Shown here piece by piece: positions 20,628-32,818 of a stretch of 62,287 nucleotides of DNA (position 1 is its first letter; each line of letters starts with the position of its first letter). Position numbers and translations under genes: made by a program. The stretch is taken from the NCBI GenBank assembly GCA_020184695.1, contig JAANOX010000182.1:1-62287 (forward strand), given 5' to 3'. The stretch is from Histomonas meleagridis 2922-C6/04-290x (lineage: Eukaryota > Protista > Parabasalia). The notes below the pieces were generated by a model that did not search any database, was not told where the DNA came from, and worked only from the letters and a program-made list of their open reading frames with translations.

Positions 20628-22613
20628 ATGATTTATTGGTTGTTTTTATTCTTCACACAACAAATTTTTATAGAAGAAAATTGTACATTAATTGTTAACG
20701 CTAGCGATATTCAAGAAGGTACATATAAAGAATATAAAGATAAAGCGAAAATACTCGAGTTTGATAATGTTACTAATGTTCCAGAAAATGCATTTGAAGA
20801 TTGGCCTTATTTACGATTAATTAACATAGGAAGTTGTGTAACTTCGATTAGCTATTCATCGTTTGCGCATTGTTTATCATTAGAAACTCTTATCATTGCA
20901 AATCTAGAAATAATTCCAGGCCATGCTTTCGCATTTTGTTATAACCTAACAACAATTGATTTTGGATCAAATTTAAAATTAATTGGAGATCTTTCATTTG
21001 CGGGGTGCATATCATTAACTAATCTTACTATTCCTGATACAGTTATCACTGTTGATATGGGTTCATTTCAGAGGTGTACAAAATTAGAGAATGTTATCTT
21101 TGGTTCAAAAGTTGAAACAATTGGTGGGGTTTCATTTATCGAATGTCATTCATTAAAAAACATTAAATTTGGCGAAAGTGTAACTTTCCTTAATGAGTTT
21201 TGTTTTTCAAATTGTTATAATTTAACAGAAATTTCATTTCCAACTCCAATTAAAATTATTGACTTTCATGCATTTACTGAATGTTATAATTTAGAAACAA
21301 TAAATTTTGGCGAAAGTGTTGAAGAAATTGGTTTTAATGCATTTGAAAATTGTATTCATTTAACAAAACTTATATTTCCTACTTCGTTAATATCAATTAG
21401 TTTTAGGTCATTTTATAATTGTACTTCATTAAAAGAAATTGTTTTGAATGAAAAGTTGATATCAATCGGATCACATGCTTTCTGCAATTGCTATAATTTA
21501 GATAAAGTAATAATTCATAATAATGTTGAATATATTGGAGGATATGCATTTGAAGGATGTAAATCATTAACAAGTTTTATAATTCCTAATTCAATTAAAG
21601 AAATATATGAATTTACATTTTATAATTGTGTTAACTTGAATAATGTTACATTAAATGAGAATTTAACATCAATTTTTATGAATTCATTCGATAATTGTAT
21701 TAAATTAACACAAATTATTATACCTAAAAATGTAAAACTAATTGGAAATTCTGCATTTTTTAATTGTATTAATTTAAAGAATATTATTTTCGATATAAAC
21801 GAAACGAATATTAACAATTCATTACAAATCGATGAAAATGCTTTTGCAAATTGTTATAATCTTATAAATATTAATTTACCAAACTATATAACTAATATTA
21901 AATTTGGAGCATTTGAAAATTGTATTAATTTAAATGATATTAATCTTAATTATAATATTAATGTTATTGAATCGAAAGTATTTTATAATTGTACAAAATT
22001 AGAAAATATTATAATTCCTAATTCAACAATTACTATCAAATCGAATGCTTTTGCTTATTGTTTAAGTTTAAAGAAAATAACATTCGGAAATGAATTAAAA
22101 TATATTAATGAATATTCATTTTATAAATGTATTAATTTAAATGATATTATAATTCCTAATTCGATTTTGTCTATTGGAAAATTTGCATTTTCGAATTGTT
22201 CGAATTTAGAAAATATTAAAATTGGTAAAAACTTATCAAATATTAATGAAAATGCATTCGCTAATTGTTTTAATATAAAATGTGTTTATTATTATGGTGA
22301 AAATGAACCAACTTTTAATATTTCCGTTTTTGATAAAAATTTGTCTTTGAATGTGATGGTGAAAGATTCATATAAAAATAAAACATTTTGTGGAGTGAAT
22401 ATTATAAAAGGTAAAATAATTAATGAATGTCCAATTGATGATGAGATTATATCTAAAAATAATAATAAAAATTTAATAATTGGTATTGTGGTTGCAGTTG
22501 TTTTAGCTGTAATTATTATTGTGGTAGTTATAGTAGTAGTAATGCGTAAACGAAAATCTGGTGATTACGAACAACTTCCAGAATCAAAGGACAAAATTAG
22601 CGTTTATCAGTAA
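20628..22613 (+). CDS. BspA-family (TpLRR/LRR_5) leucine-rich repeat surface protein with a TM helix and YEQL tail motif
   Basis: About 20 repeats of the type IxIPxSVxxIGxxAFxxCxxL; TM IIGIVVAVVLAVIIIVVVIVVV then MRKRK; ATG at 20628 preceded by Inr-like TCATTCC. Confidence 0.9.
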   Translation: MIYWLFLFFTQQIFIEENCTLIVNASDIQEGTYKEYKDKAKILEFDNVTNVPENAFEDWPYLRLINIGSCVTSISYSSFAHCLSLETLIIANLEIIPGHAFAFCYNLTTIDFGSNLKLIGDLSFAGCISLTNLTIPDTVITVDMGSFQRCTKLENVIFGSKVETIGGVSFIECHSLKNIKFGESVTFLNEFCFSNCYNLTEISFPTPIKIIDFHAFTECYNLETINFGESVEEIGFNAFENCIHLTKLIFPTSLISISFRSFYNCTSLKEIVLNEKLISIGSHAFCNCYNLDKVIIHNNVEYIGGYAFEGCKSLTSFIIPNSIKEIYEFTFYNCVNLNNVTLNENLTSIFMNSFDNCIKLTQIIIPKNVKLIGNSAFFNCINLKNIIFDINETNINNSLQIDENAFANCYNLININLPNYITNIKFGAFENCINLNDINLNYNINVIESKVFYNCTKLENIIIPNSTITIKSNAFAYCLSLKKITFGNELKYINEYSFYKCINLNDIIIPNSILSIGKFAFSNCSNLENIKIGKNLSNINENAFANCFNIKCVYYYGENEPTFNISVFDKNLSLNVMVKDSYKNKTFCGVNIIKGKIINECPIDDEIISKNNNKNLIIGIVVAVVLAVIIIVVVIVVVMRKRKSGDYEQLPESKDKISVYQ

Positions 22614-22968
22614 ACACTAATTTGATTAAACTTTTTTTTTATAAAATACTTTTTATGTAAATGTGAAAAAATTAAAGGAACTTAAAACATTCTTTAATTT
22701 ATGTGAATAAAGAAGCTGAAAGATACATATTTCATAAATTAAAAAATTATACAAAATGGAAATAAACCAATGTTTCGAAATTAAAACAATAACAGAAAAG
22801 AAAAGAATATGAAAACATTTGGAGGATGTTCATTTTATCAGTATATAGTTATAAATATTTTAGTTTCGATTCATCAAACAGATTGGAAGCATTGTGCTTA
22901 TTAATTTTTTCCATGCACACAAAAAAATAAACGTTCACTGCTGCCGATCAAAACAGTTTTGTACAAAC

Positions 22969-23343
22969 ATGAAGGCGAGTCTTCCTTCATATGGAATTGC
23001 AAATGTACTCATAAATCAATACTTTAATTTCATTGGCCAAGAGCACTTAAAACAACAGGCACTAAACTTTTTTACAGATGACAGTGTTCTTGATTTTAAT
23101 AATGTTGTATACAACGGTAAAGCTGCAATCCATCAAGGGCTTAAGACAATACCTCCGTTTTCATATTCAGTCACTAGCTTTGATTGTATGAATGTTCCCA
23201 ATATGCCAATCGTTTTGATTGTTATAACTGGTTACTTATTTTTTGAGCACAACGAAACCAAGAAATTTCATTCTTCTTTTTACTTATTTTTTAGTGGAAA
23301 CAAAGCAGTTATAAAAAATCAAATTTTAAGATTTATTTCATAA
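22969..23343 (+). CDS. NTF2-like protein
   Basis: About 124 aa: NQYFNF...LNFFTDDSVLDFNNVVYNGKAAIHQGL...SFDC...IVITGYL...FHSSFYL, an NTF2-fold pattern. Confidence 0.7.
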   Translation: MKASLPSYGIANVLINQYFNFIGQEHLKQQALNFFTDDSVLDFNNVVYNGKAAIHQGLKTIPPFSYSVTSFDCMNVPNMPIVLIVITGYLFFEHNETKKFHSSFYLFFSGNKAVIKNQILRFIS

Positions 23344-23758
23344 CTCAAAGTTTGACTTAATGTTAAGAAATTCAAATGCTCACATAAGTCGTTTATTCAT
23401 GACATTCCATGTTAGGCCAAAATTTGTGAAAAATGATTTTGAAAAATTAATTTGTTCTACAAAACGGAAATATATCTTGTTCTTTATAAAAGTAAATTTT
23501 TTTATAATTGCATTTTATTTTGTTTGTCAACTTATGTCAAATCAATCTTTAAAAAAAAAAATTTTTTTTGGAGGTCATTGACCAAATTCATGACTTAATT
23601 CGTCTGATAAACAAGACATCATATAAATTTTGTCATTAACTAAATAAAATAATCATATAGATCTATAAACATATCAAAATGGTCGAAGCAAAAAAACATA
23701 AAATGTTCATAATCAATCAAGAAATAAACAATAAAACGTATATATACAATTTATTATA

Positions 23759-26700
23759 TTAGATTGTGTCATCGAAGCTTAATGTAACAGGACATATCAC
23801 TTCGGGGTACCCCGTGGGGGGACTCGCCGATTGGGAAATGATGTTCCTCAGCGTGAACTGATCGAATTGTACGCTTCCTCTTTCTCTGTCTTCTATTTCG
23901 AAATATACTGTTTCATTTATTTGCTCAGCCCATATCCCTGTAACCACCTGAGGGTTCAATCTTATTAATTTAAAAGGTTGATTTTGTAATGAGAATATCA
24001 TATATTTGATTGTGGTCCCACTTTCATCAGTGACTTGTCGTATTGTTTCTATTTCTTTTTCCCTTTTAGCGATAAGCTCAGTCCATCTGGTATCATTTTC
24101 CGGCATTAAGTGACAATTTTCCAATTTATTTTTTACGAAATCAGAAAGCAAATTTACTTCTGTTGGAATCATGTCACTTGCATCTCTTACAGCTATAGCC
24201 AGTGCAGTTCTAAATGCTTCGATTAGTTTTGGTTCAACAGATGCAGGAATCCAAACATAAGAAGATAATCCCAAAGAATAAGTCGAGAAATATTGAAACA
24301 GCTTCCATTCGAATGCTCCTGATATCTTATTCATAGCTTCATTCATTGCACATCCCACGGACAAAACAATTTTTTTTAATTTTACCTTATCGTTGTATTC
24401 AAACCATTCGTTAAGTAAACTATTGAATTCATCCGGATAAACGGTCTCGAAGTCATCGGGGGGGACTATTTCATCGTCTTCTGTCAGAACGAACGTTAAC
24501 ACTCTAAATAAAGCTAATAATAACATTCCTTGATGAAACTTATCGAAGAACAATCTTTCTAATTGAAATGAATAAACCTTATAAGATTTTATCATAAATT
24601 GATCTGTTAATGTAATCCATTCACAACTATTTAATAATAAAATTTCTTTTTTTGTAAGTAATTTTGGAATTCTAAAACAACAATTTAAAAATCGATAAAT
24701 TATATTCCAAAACAAAGATATCAAAGGCGTATAAATAGAAGCGAACAAGAAATATTTGTTATTCATATCTTCAATACCATTTCTAATTACATTTAATTCA
24801 TTTCTATGACATAAAGTTTGATCAGTAATTTCCAAACCTCTTAATTGATAAATCACATATTTATTACCATTTGAAATCACGTGAATTATCGCATTAAAAT
24901 AATCGTCGCATATTAAAAAGAAATTATTTTCATTTACTAAAGGTATAATACCTTTCGAAATTTTTTTCGAGAAATTCGCTGATAATGAATCACTAATTAC
25001 TTTATAAAATAATGAATCGCCTAATTTCTCTTCAAAAGTGTTTTTCTCAGACCAAAAAGAAGAAGGTCTTGAATAAGAAGGAATAAAGAATGAACTTCCT
25101 AACAATGGAATAATTGGAGAAGTCATTAAACATGAAGTAATCACAACAATAATTGTTAATTGTATATTTCCAATCATAAGAATTAAGCATAAAAATTGTA
25201 TAATGTTTGTAATCGAATGAAATGAATATATACTTTTAACAAATGATATCTTATCATGAAATTCATTGATCTTCCAATAAAAAATTAATGTAATATAAAC
25301 TTGAAAAATTGGGAAATTAATAAAATTATCACTAACTATATTAACAATTAATGACAATATAAAATGAAATGGATTCCGATGTATATAACAACTAATATGA
25401 ATACATAATGATATATATATTATCGATTCAATCCATGGGTTTAAACCAAAGCCTTTGCCTTCACTTCGTCGAAATATCGATGATAATGTTAATGGAATAA
25501 AGATAAACTTTTCAACGACTTTTGAGATTTGCATATATTTACAATATTTCGAAGAAGGATTAAAAAATGGTTCAGAAAATACTTTAAATGGATATCTTGA
25601 GACTAAGTTTGGTAATATATAATAATTTATTATCCCAAACACTATAAATATTATCATTGTAACTAATGAAAACATACGACTTTCTGTAAAATCAAATTGT
25701 AATAAAACTAATATCGTTATTGATGATAAAAATGCAACTAAAAATGATATTAAAAGTTGCTTTAAAACACTTCGATTAGGTAATATTAATTCCATGTTAT
25801 GAAATATTTTATTTGATATTATGGAATATGAGAAAAAATATGACGAAAAAATACCAAAAAATGATGCAAAACTTGTGGCAAAGCGCATAACAAATTCTTG
25901 ATGATTAACAGATGCCACGTGATGCATAACAGTAAAAATAGAATGGATAATTAACATAATAATAATTGACACATGTGATGAATTAAGTGAAATTGAACTC
26001 GTTTGCCCATATAAAAGATAATTAATGGTATCAATAAAGAATTGCCATATCTCTTTGGTATTACCAAACATACCAACGGCATTAAAAAATGGAAACCCTA
26101 AAATAATGATTTTGATTAACGTGTGAACGTATTCAAAAATTTCCGCCATTTGAATATGGCTCTCAAAAATTGTTAGCGTTAAATTTTTGATGCCCTCTAA
26201 ATTTTTCAGATATTGAATGACAAGATTCAATACCATATACAATATGACATGAAACGCTCGCGAATAAGGTGCAGACCGCTCAGAAATAGAAACAGCAAAG
26301 CTGTCAGGATTGGGGGACTTGATTAATGCAAAGGTAGCACTTGCTGTTGTAAGAAATAAAAAAACATTTTCTTGAAACGTATCAAACGAAATATTAAAAA
26401 AGGCTAAAATACCACAGAGAAAGGCTGCAATGGGTGCAATTATGCATTCAATGACTGACATCGGTCGATCAAACCATAGTTCTAAATCTTTACGATTCCA
26501 GGTGATGAGATGTGTAAAACATAAAAAGCGAATGGTGGTAGGAACGGTAGGATGATGCGTTTCTGTATGTGTTTCTTCTGCAATATTTGTGAGTTGCCCA
26601 CTTTGATATAATTCAAAAAAATGAAATAGTTCTGATGGATTGTAACCTTGTTGAATTAATTCTGAAACAACAGTGTTTATATCTGTATTGGAAAAGTCAG

Positions 26701-27106
26701 TAATTCTATTTCGTATATTCCAAACTGCTCTTGATATCCCAAATGGCGGTGGAACATCATATTGACTAACTGTAGAATTAAGCGTTTCTTGACTAACAAT
26801 ACGATTGCCTGATGGGTTTTGTTTATCAAATTGGCGATGAAAACTATAATTAATAACTTTTATCAATAGCCATATAAAAGCTGTTATCCCTGGATGTAAA
26901 TAAGAAACTAAATTATTAAGTCTTGTAGAATCGCTTGGAATTATTGTTGTTAAAACTAATGGAACCAATAATAACCAAATATAAATAATTGTATGAATCC
27001 AAAAAATGATATCTGGTGGATCTTTATAGAACGTGTATCCACCTGTTATACAGGGAATTACACGTTCTATAAAAAAATTCATTAAAGAACGATGTCCAAT
27101 TTTCAT
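23759..27106 (-). CDS. Pecanex-like multi-pass membrane protein
   Basis: N-terminal ITGGYTFYKDP..HTIIYIWLLLVP, many TM segments, and C-terminal GIWAEQINETVYFEIEDRERGSVQFDQFTLRNIISQSASPPTGYP (Pecanex_C-like). Confidence 0.85.
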   Translation of the reverse strand: MKIGHRSLMNFFIERVIPCITGGYTFYKDPPDIIFWIHTIIYIWLLLVPLVLTTIIPSDSTRLNNLVSYLHPGITAFIWLLIKVINYSFHRQFDKQNPSGNRIVSQETLNSTVSQYDVPPPFGISRAVWNIRNRITDFSNTDINTVVSELIQQGYNPSELFHFFELYQSGQLTNIAEETHTETHHPTVPTTIRFLCFTHLITWNRKDLELWFDRPMSVIECIIAPIAAFLCGILAFFNISFDTFQENVFLFLTTASATFALIKSPNPDSFAVSISERSAPYSRAFHVILYMVLNLVIQYLKNLEGIKNLTLTIFESHIQMAEIFEYVHTLIKIIILGFPFFNAVGMFGNTKEIWQFFIDTINYLLYGQTSSISLNSSHVSIIIMLIIHSIFTVMHHVASVNHQEFVMRFATSFASFFGIFSSYFFSYSIISNKIFHNMELILPNRSVLKQLLISFLVAFLSSITILVLLQFDFTESRMFSLVTMIIFIVFGIINYYILPNLVSRYPFKVFSEPFFNPSSKYCKYMQISKVVEKFIFIPLTLSSIFRRSEGKGFGLNPWIESIIYISLCIHISCYIHRNPFHFILSLIVNIVSDNFINFPIFQVYITLIFYWKINEFHDKISFVKSIYSFHSITNIIQFLCLILMIGNIQLTIIVVITSCLMTSPIIPLLGSSFFIPSYSRPSSFWSEKNTFEEKLGDSLFYKVISDSLSANFSKKISKGIIPLVNENNFFLICDDYFNAIIHVISNGNKYVIYQLRGLEITDQTLCHRNELNVIRNGIEDMNNKYFLFASIYTPLISLFWNIIYRFLNCCFRIPKLLTKKEILLLNSCEWITLTDQFMIKSYKVYSFQLERLFFDKFHQGMLLLALFRVLTFVLTEDDEIVPPDDFETVYPDEFNSLLNEWFEYNDKVKLKKIVLSVGCAMNEAMNKISGAFEWKLFQYFSTYSLGLSSYVWIPASVEPKLIEAFRTALAIAVRDASDMIPTEVNLLSDFVKNKLENCHLMPENDTRWTELIAKREKEIETIRQVTDESGTTIKYMIFSLQNQPFKLIRLNPQVVTGIWAEQINETVYFEIEDRERGSVQFDQFTLRNIISQSASPPTGYPEVICPVTLSFDDTI

Positions 27107-27882
27107 CCCAAATATGAATAAACGGTTTCCTTTCCAAGAAAGAAAATATTCGCAAAATGGAATCATCGAGTTCCAAGTTCAATAAACATCTTCTGTTCAA
27201 TTTATTTAATGAAATGAGAAACTGTGAAAATAGCGAAAATAAAAATGATGTTTGCAAAATTTGTAATTGGCTTTTACTTTAAATACTCCAAAAGCACACA
27301 AAAGATGAACTACATCATGACACACATATTTGTACGTTAAGACCAATTAACGTATTTTTCAAATATATCTTTTATACTGAGGGATTAAAATCAAGTCGAA
27401 ATCAACATTTACTTCTGGATTTAGTTTCACTGTGGTATACAAACCAAAATTGAATTACAATTCCGTCATAATTGATGTTTGTTGGTTTTTTCAAGTTTTC
27501 AACTTGGGGAGCTATGTAAAGTTTACAAAACCACTTTAAACCGCAATTCTTGTAAGAAGTTTTTTTTTTGATTAATCATAATATGTTTTATAAACACAAT
27601 CAATTTTAAAAATATACGTTTTATTCCCAAGAATCGCCAACAATTAAATTTAATTAAATGTTTGCATATGCAAACGACATATTTAGAGTTTCTCATTATA
27701 GAAAAAGACAAAACGAAAAAAAAAAAAAAAGATTTTTGCTTGGGGTGTACGATGTTTTATTATATATTTATCTAAATTACATTTGTTGAATATATTTCTC
27801 TTCTTTTAAATCATCTGCAAAAGGATCTTCTTCAATATTTGAGATAGATATTCCTGTTGTGAATGTGTTTGTGGTTTGGTTA

Positions 27883-29028
27883 TCATTTTTGTTGTTCTGA
27901 TATTTCATTTTCATCAATTTCTTCTTTTTTGTTTCTAATTCGAATCAATAATATAATAAGTAATGAAATTATAATAATAACAATAACAACAACGCAAACG
28001 ATTATTATGATAATTGTTGTTTTATTATCATTTGTCTGAATTTCATTTCTATAAATAAATGTAAAGAAGTTCGAATAATAAATATAATAAGTTGAATACA
28101 TAATTACTGTTTAATCATAATATAGAAATTCTGTTTCAATATAAGAAAATGTTGAATTAAATATGGATAATGAAAGTGATCTTGTTTGCGTCTCATAATA
28201 TGTAAATGAATAAGCAAATGTCAATGTATATGTTAATGTATATGAAGATGAAAATGTCATATCGCTTTGAAATGATGCAGTAAATGTATTTGATTGAGAA
28301 TATGTATTTGACTGAGAATATGTATTACTTTGACTAAATGTATGTGATGCTGAAAATGTATTTGTTTGAGAATATGTATTACTTTTACTGAATGTATGTG
28401 ATGCTGAAAATGAAATCGTTGGAATTGGATTGCAGTTCCCTTCGAGAGAACCATAAACAACACGTATTCCTCCAAATGTTTTTCCTTTATATGTTGAATA
28501 TGTTATAACTGTTGTTGTAACACCCTGAAATGAATTTTCTCCAAAACTTTGTTCTGTCTCACCATAATAATAAATGCATTCAAGTGCAAAACAATTACTA
28601 AATGCTGATTCGCCAATTTCTCTTATTCCATAGCCAAGTGTTAATATGCTTAAATTAGAACATAATGAAAATGCTGAACCGCCAATTGATATAACTGCAT
28701 TTGGAATTGTAATGTTTTTGATTGATGAACATGATGAAAATGCTGAACCACCAATTGATGTAACATTTTCCCCAAAAATAATCGTTTCTAATTTAGAACA
28801 TGAAGAAAATACATAACCCTCAATATTTGAGACTGAATTCCCAAAATTAACTGAAATAACTGATGACCATTCGGAAAATGAATTACCTGGAATCGTATAT
28901 ATTCCTTCACTGATAATTATAAATTTAGTGACATTTTTATATTCATCAATATCATTTAAATCATTTGAATTTATTATTGTTAATGTTGAATTACCATAAA
29001 ATAGTTGAAAAGAATTCATGAAAAACAT
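27883..29028 (-). pseudogene. BspA-like LRR surface protein with an S/T-rich stalk and an in-frame TAA at 28111-28113 before the TM anchor
   Basis: LRR_5 repeats and the stalk run in frame through FLYYD*TVIMYST into the TM ORF 27883-28101. The paralogous segment at 32041-32142 has TAC at this codon. Confidence 0.8.
28275..28415 (-). repeat. 18-nt coding tandem repeat of the BspA stalk (TFSASH/TFSQSN/TYSQSN)
   Basis: Repeated GTATGTGATGCTGAAAATG and GAGAATATGTATT units on the + strand. Confidence 0.8.
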
Positions 29029-30272
29029 AACAAAAATCAAAACATTATTATGTTTTTTCTTTTCGTTCGTTTTCAATACATATTTGGTCAAAAGCAGTTT
29101 CTGTACGTACAGAAATTTCTGAAAAAAATTGATATAAACCACCACAAGCATCATTGAAAAAACAGCGGTTAAAAGAACATAAACACTGAACTTAAATGGT
29201 CGGTCTTTTTTATCGTTTCGCATCAATGGAAAACAAAGAAATTCATCCTGGATGAAAGATATATTCCCATAACATCGATTCAATGTTTGTTTTGATATAT
29301 TGTTTCGAATAAACATGCTGCTTACAAAAGATTTATTTTGATTAATTGAAAAATATAATACTGGAAATTTTATTTTGTCATAAAAGAATTGATGTATTCT
29401 TGGTGTCACTTACTGTCAGTCAAGGAATTTGAAAATAAGCTGGTTTTAAAGTAGAATTATTGTTAAATATATCAAAATTCTCATACTTAATTTCAAAGAT
29501 TGGAACCTCTGCATTGTATGTATGAGTGAGCCCTTCTTTGCTTGGTCCATTTTTCATATTTGATATTTTTGGAGTGGTAAAAAATGGGGTTACTGGTTCT
29601 GTATCGGTTGTAAACTGCTTGACAATGTTCGTAATGAACAGCAAATGAAGGATTTTCATCTTTCAAGACCTAATATAGTTGAGGGCCTTTACCAAATACA
29701 CATCGGCCAATACAAAAGTTAAAAATCACACGGTTAACGAGTAAAAAAATTCGGCGTTTTCTTGAAATTTTTCAATTTAACCTAAATCTTCTTGTTTCAA
29801 TATTTAAAGACATCGATGTCTTTATCGATAAAAGATACTGAATTAAATGATTATAAAAGACACTTTTAAATAATATAATGAATGCATGTGATAGAGTGGA
29901 ATTTGTTGATTAAAATGGTATCTTTGTTTTTGATAAAAACTTTTTCAAAGTTGTTAAATTTTATAATTTATAAGAGATATGAGTTTTGCGTAATTGAATT
30001 TTGTTTTATATAAGTTATATTCATTAAATATTTCCTAAAATATATTTATACTTCATATGATATTCTATATCAATGGTGCTTCACAATCGTTTGATATATT
30101 ATAAAGTAATTTTAATTAACTTTAAATATAATATCATAAAATTCGAATGATTTTCATAGAAATAGTATATCTTTGATTTAATGATTCTCTGCATAAATGT
30201 AACTTAATGATTACTATTCAATATCATTCATTTTTAATATTTAATAACTTAGAAAAATAATAATTAATTATA

Positions 30273-31545
30273 GGGGGTGGAAAAAGTGCGTTCGTCAGCC
30301 TTTTTTTCAATGAATAAAAAAGTAAAAGAAAATTTGTTTATTTATTATGCTATGTATTCACCATGAGTTTCAATTGTAATTAAAAGTCTGTTCATCCATT
30401 CATTATATACGGCTCTGCAGGTGTCTTTAGGAATACTATACAGTAATGCCTCAACCTTGTGAGAAAGTTGATCTTCATCTTCAAACGACTCACCTTCGAG
30501 CATTTTTTTAAAATATCCGAACAGAAAAAAGTCAGATGGTGCGAGATCTGGCGAAAATGGAGGTTGCGGAAGCCTTTTAATGCTTAATTTATTTAATTTT
30601 TCATGAACCAAATGAGGTCTGGCGTTATCCATATGCAAAAAATATACCTTAGTTGGAATTTTTTTTGCCAAATCTTCAAGTACAATATCAGAAAAAGAAT
30701 TTCGATAAAATTTTTGATATATTGGAAGCATTGTAATTGATTTGATACCAGTTATAGACCATATAACAGATATCATTACTTTTTTGGAAACAATGATTTG
30801 TTTGGGTTTGTTCGGTTTTTGCACTCCAGATTCAATTAACATCGAGTTTCTCCCGTTCACAAAATAAATCCAGGTTTCATCTAGTGTCAATATGTGCCTC
30901 AGTCTGTGGTCATTTGGACTAGAAAGGAATTCGAATAATTTAGAAGCAATGGCGGCTCTTTTGGCTTTAATTTCTGGAGTCGACTTATGTGGGATTCATT
31001 TGAAGTTATTTTTTTCATCCCTAAAATATTAATCATTATATTTTTCACTGTTTTTGGATCCGCACCTACATTCTTCGCAATTTTCTTCGTCGATGCATAT
31101 GGATAACTTAATATAATACTGGTTATTCTTTGATCTAAATCTGATCTTCTTGGTCTCCCTGTTTTTTTCGATTCGAAAATAAAGAAGGTATGTTCAATCA
31201 TTTTTTTTGTTAATTTTTGAACTGTTCGAAGTGTAATAATAATATCACCATATACAGCATATAATCGTCTATATATGTCTTGATTTTCATTTGATTCTAA
31301 TTAAAGGAAATGGACAACAGAACGTAATTCCTCAATTGGAACTGACATAAAATTGATTGAACGTTCTCTTTCAGAGGGTATTTCGAAAAAAAGTTGTTTT
31401 ACTTCATGCATCATATTTATTTGGAAAAAAGTATTATAATAAAAATGATGATATATTTATTATAGATTTTATTTATATAACTTGATTTTATAAATATCTA
31501 ATATAAATCAAAAAAAGGCCTGACGAACGGACTTTTTCCACCCTT
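30273..31545 (-). mobile_element. Mariner (Tc1/mariner) DNA transposon, full length (~1273 bp) with imperfect TIRs and TA flanks
   Basis: Left end GGGGGTGGAAAAAGTGCGTTCGTCAGCCTTTTTTT; right end (reverse complement) AAGGGTGGAAAAAGTCCGTTCGTCAGGCCTTTTTTT. TA at 30271-30272 and 31546-31547. Transposase lies inside. Confidence 0.92.
30345..31348 (-). pseudogene. Mariner transposase, disrupted (stop at 31301-31303 plus frameshifts)
   Basis: N-terminal ELRSVVHFL*...IYRRLYAVYGD, KTGRPRR linker, VTLDETW, HMDNARPH, QPPFSPDLAPSDFFLFG. Confidence 0.9.
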
Positions 31546-31747
31546 TATATATCCGTTATGAACTATAAAACATTTTGTTAATGAGAAATTTTTCCTTCTA
31601 TTTGATCTTTCGAATGTTTCTTTGAAACAATATTAATTCTATATAGAACATCGATGTTTTCATTGTTAATAATATTTCTCATTTCATACTTTTTTAGATA
31701 AATTAAAAATATATCAATTAAAAATATATTTTTATTTTACAATTAAA

Positions 31748-32142
31748 TCATAGCCAATTGTCTTCATCTTCTTTAACAATATCTTCAACTAAAGCATTGA
31801 CATCTTCCATTTGATTTAAACTTGAAGTAGTCGAATCCTTAAATTGTCTTCTCGATGTCGTTTTTTCTTTTTTATTATTACTTTTTGTTAAGAATATAAC
31901 AATTCCAACAATTATTAATACTAACGCAATTGATCCGCAAACAATTCCAACCAATGCATTAGTTGTAAGTCCATTTGTTTGTAAAATGTTCGTTCGAAAC
32001 ATTGTAATGAAATTTGAAAAATAATTGTAATGTGTCGAATACATAATAACTGTGTAATCATAATATAGAAATTCTGTTTCAATATAAGAAAATGTTGAAT
32101 TAAATATGGATAATGAAAGTGATCTTGTTTGCGTCTCATAAT
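31748..32142 (-). pseudogene. 5'-truncated BspA-like stalk/TM/cytosolic tail fragment
   Basis: 32041-32142 matches 28098-28199 at 100/102 nt; TM LVGIVCGSIALVLIIVGIVIFL; no LRR or start upstream. Confidence 0.8.
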
Positions 32143-32406
32143 TTTAAAATTTATTTTAATTAAAATAAGTAAAATTTGTTTTATTAATTGGTTGTTTGTA
32201 GAAAGTTCTTAAAGCAAACTAAAATAAGAGGGTGGTCAACGCTATCCTTCTTATAAAATTTCTTTCAAATAAAAATCCATGATTAATAATCCTGCACAGG
32301 ATATACTTGAAATAGTTCGTAACACAATGAATATCACTTTATGGAATTGTTAAATACTTGAAGGAAAATCATTCCAATGCATTTTTCCTTAATAAAAAAG
32401 CATTTT

Positions 32407-32818
32407 CAGATAATGATGGTTGATAATAACTACTAACCATTGGGTATGCAACACTTATTAAAGCATAAGTAAAAGCGCCAATAGATATTAAACATATATA
32501 AATTGATATATCATTAAACTTAGAAGGGTCAATTAAGAAAAATATTAAAGAAATGATGAATACTAATATTGATGAAACGAAGCAAGGCCATTTCTTCGAA
32601 TTAACGAATGTTGCTAAAGGTGGAATTAAAAGAGAACCAAGTATTAACCCGGCTGACAACGCGATTGCTGCAAACCCAGATTTTTGTTTTGAATAACCAT
32701 GAATATCTTGCAGATAAGGACTTATCCATACACCAGTAAGTGTGAAATAAGGCCCATTTGCAAACATTGCATATACTGCTACAATCCAAAAGAAAGGATT
32801 AGAAATAACTTGTATGAG
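32407..32818 (-). repeat. 412-bp dispersed duplicate of the MFS transporter interior (52124-52535)
   Basis: Same sequence and orientation, offset 19717. The translation LIQVISNPFFW...SSYYQPSLS is identical. Confidence 0.95.
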
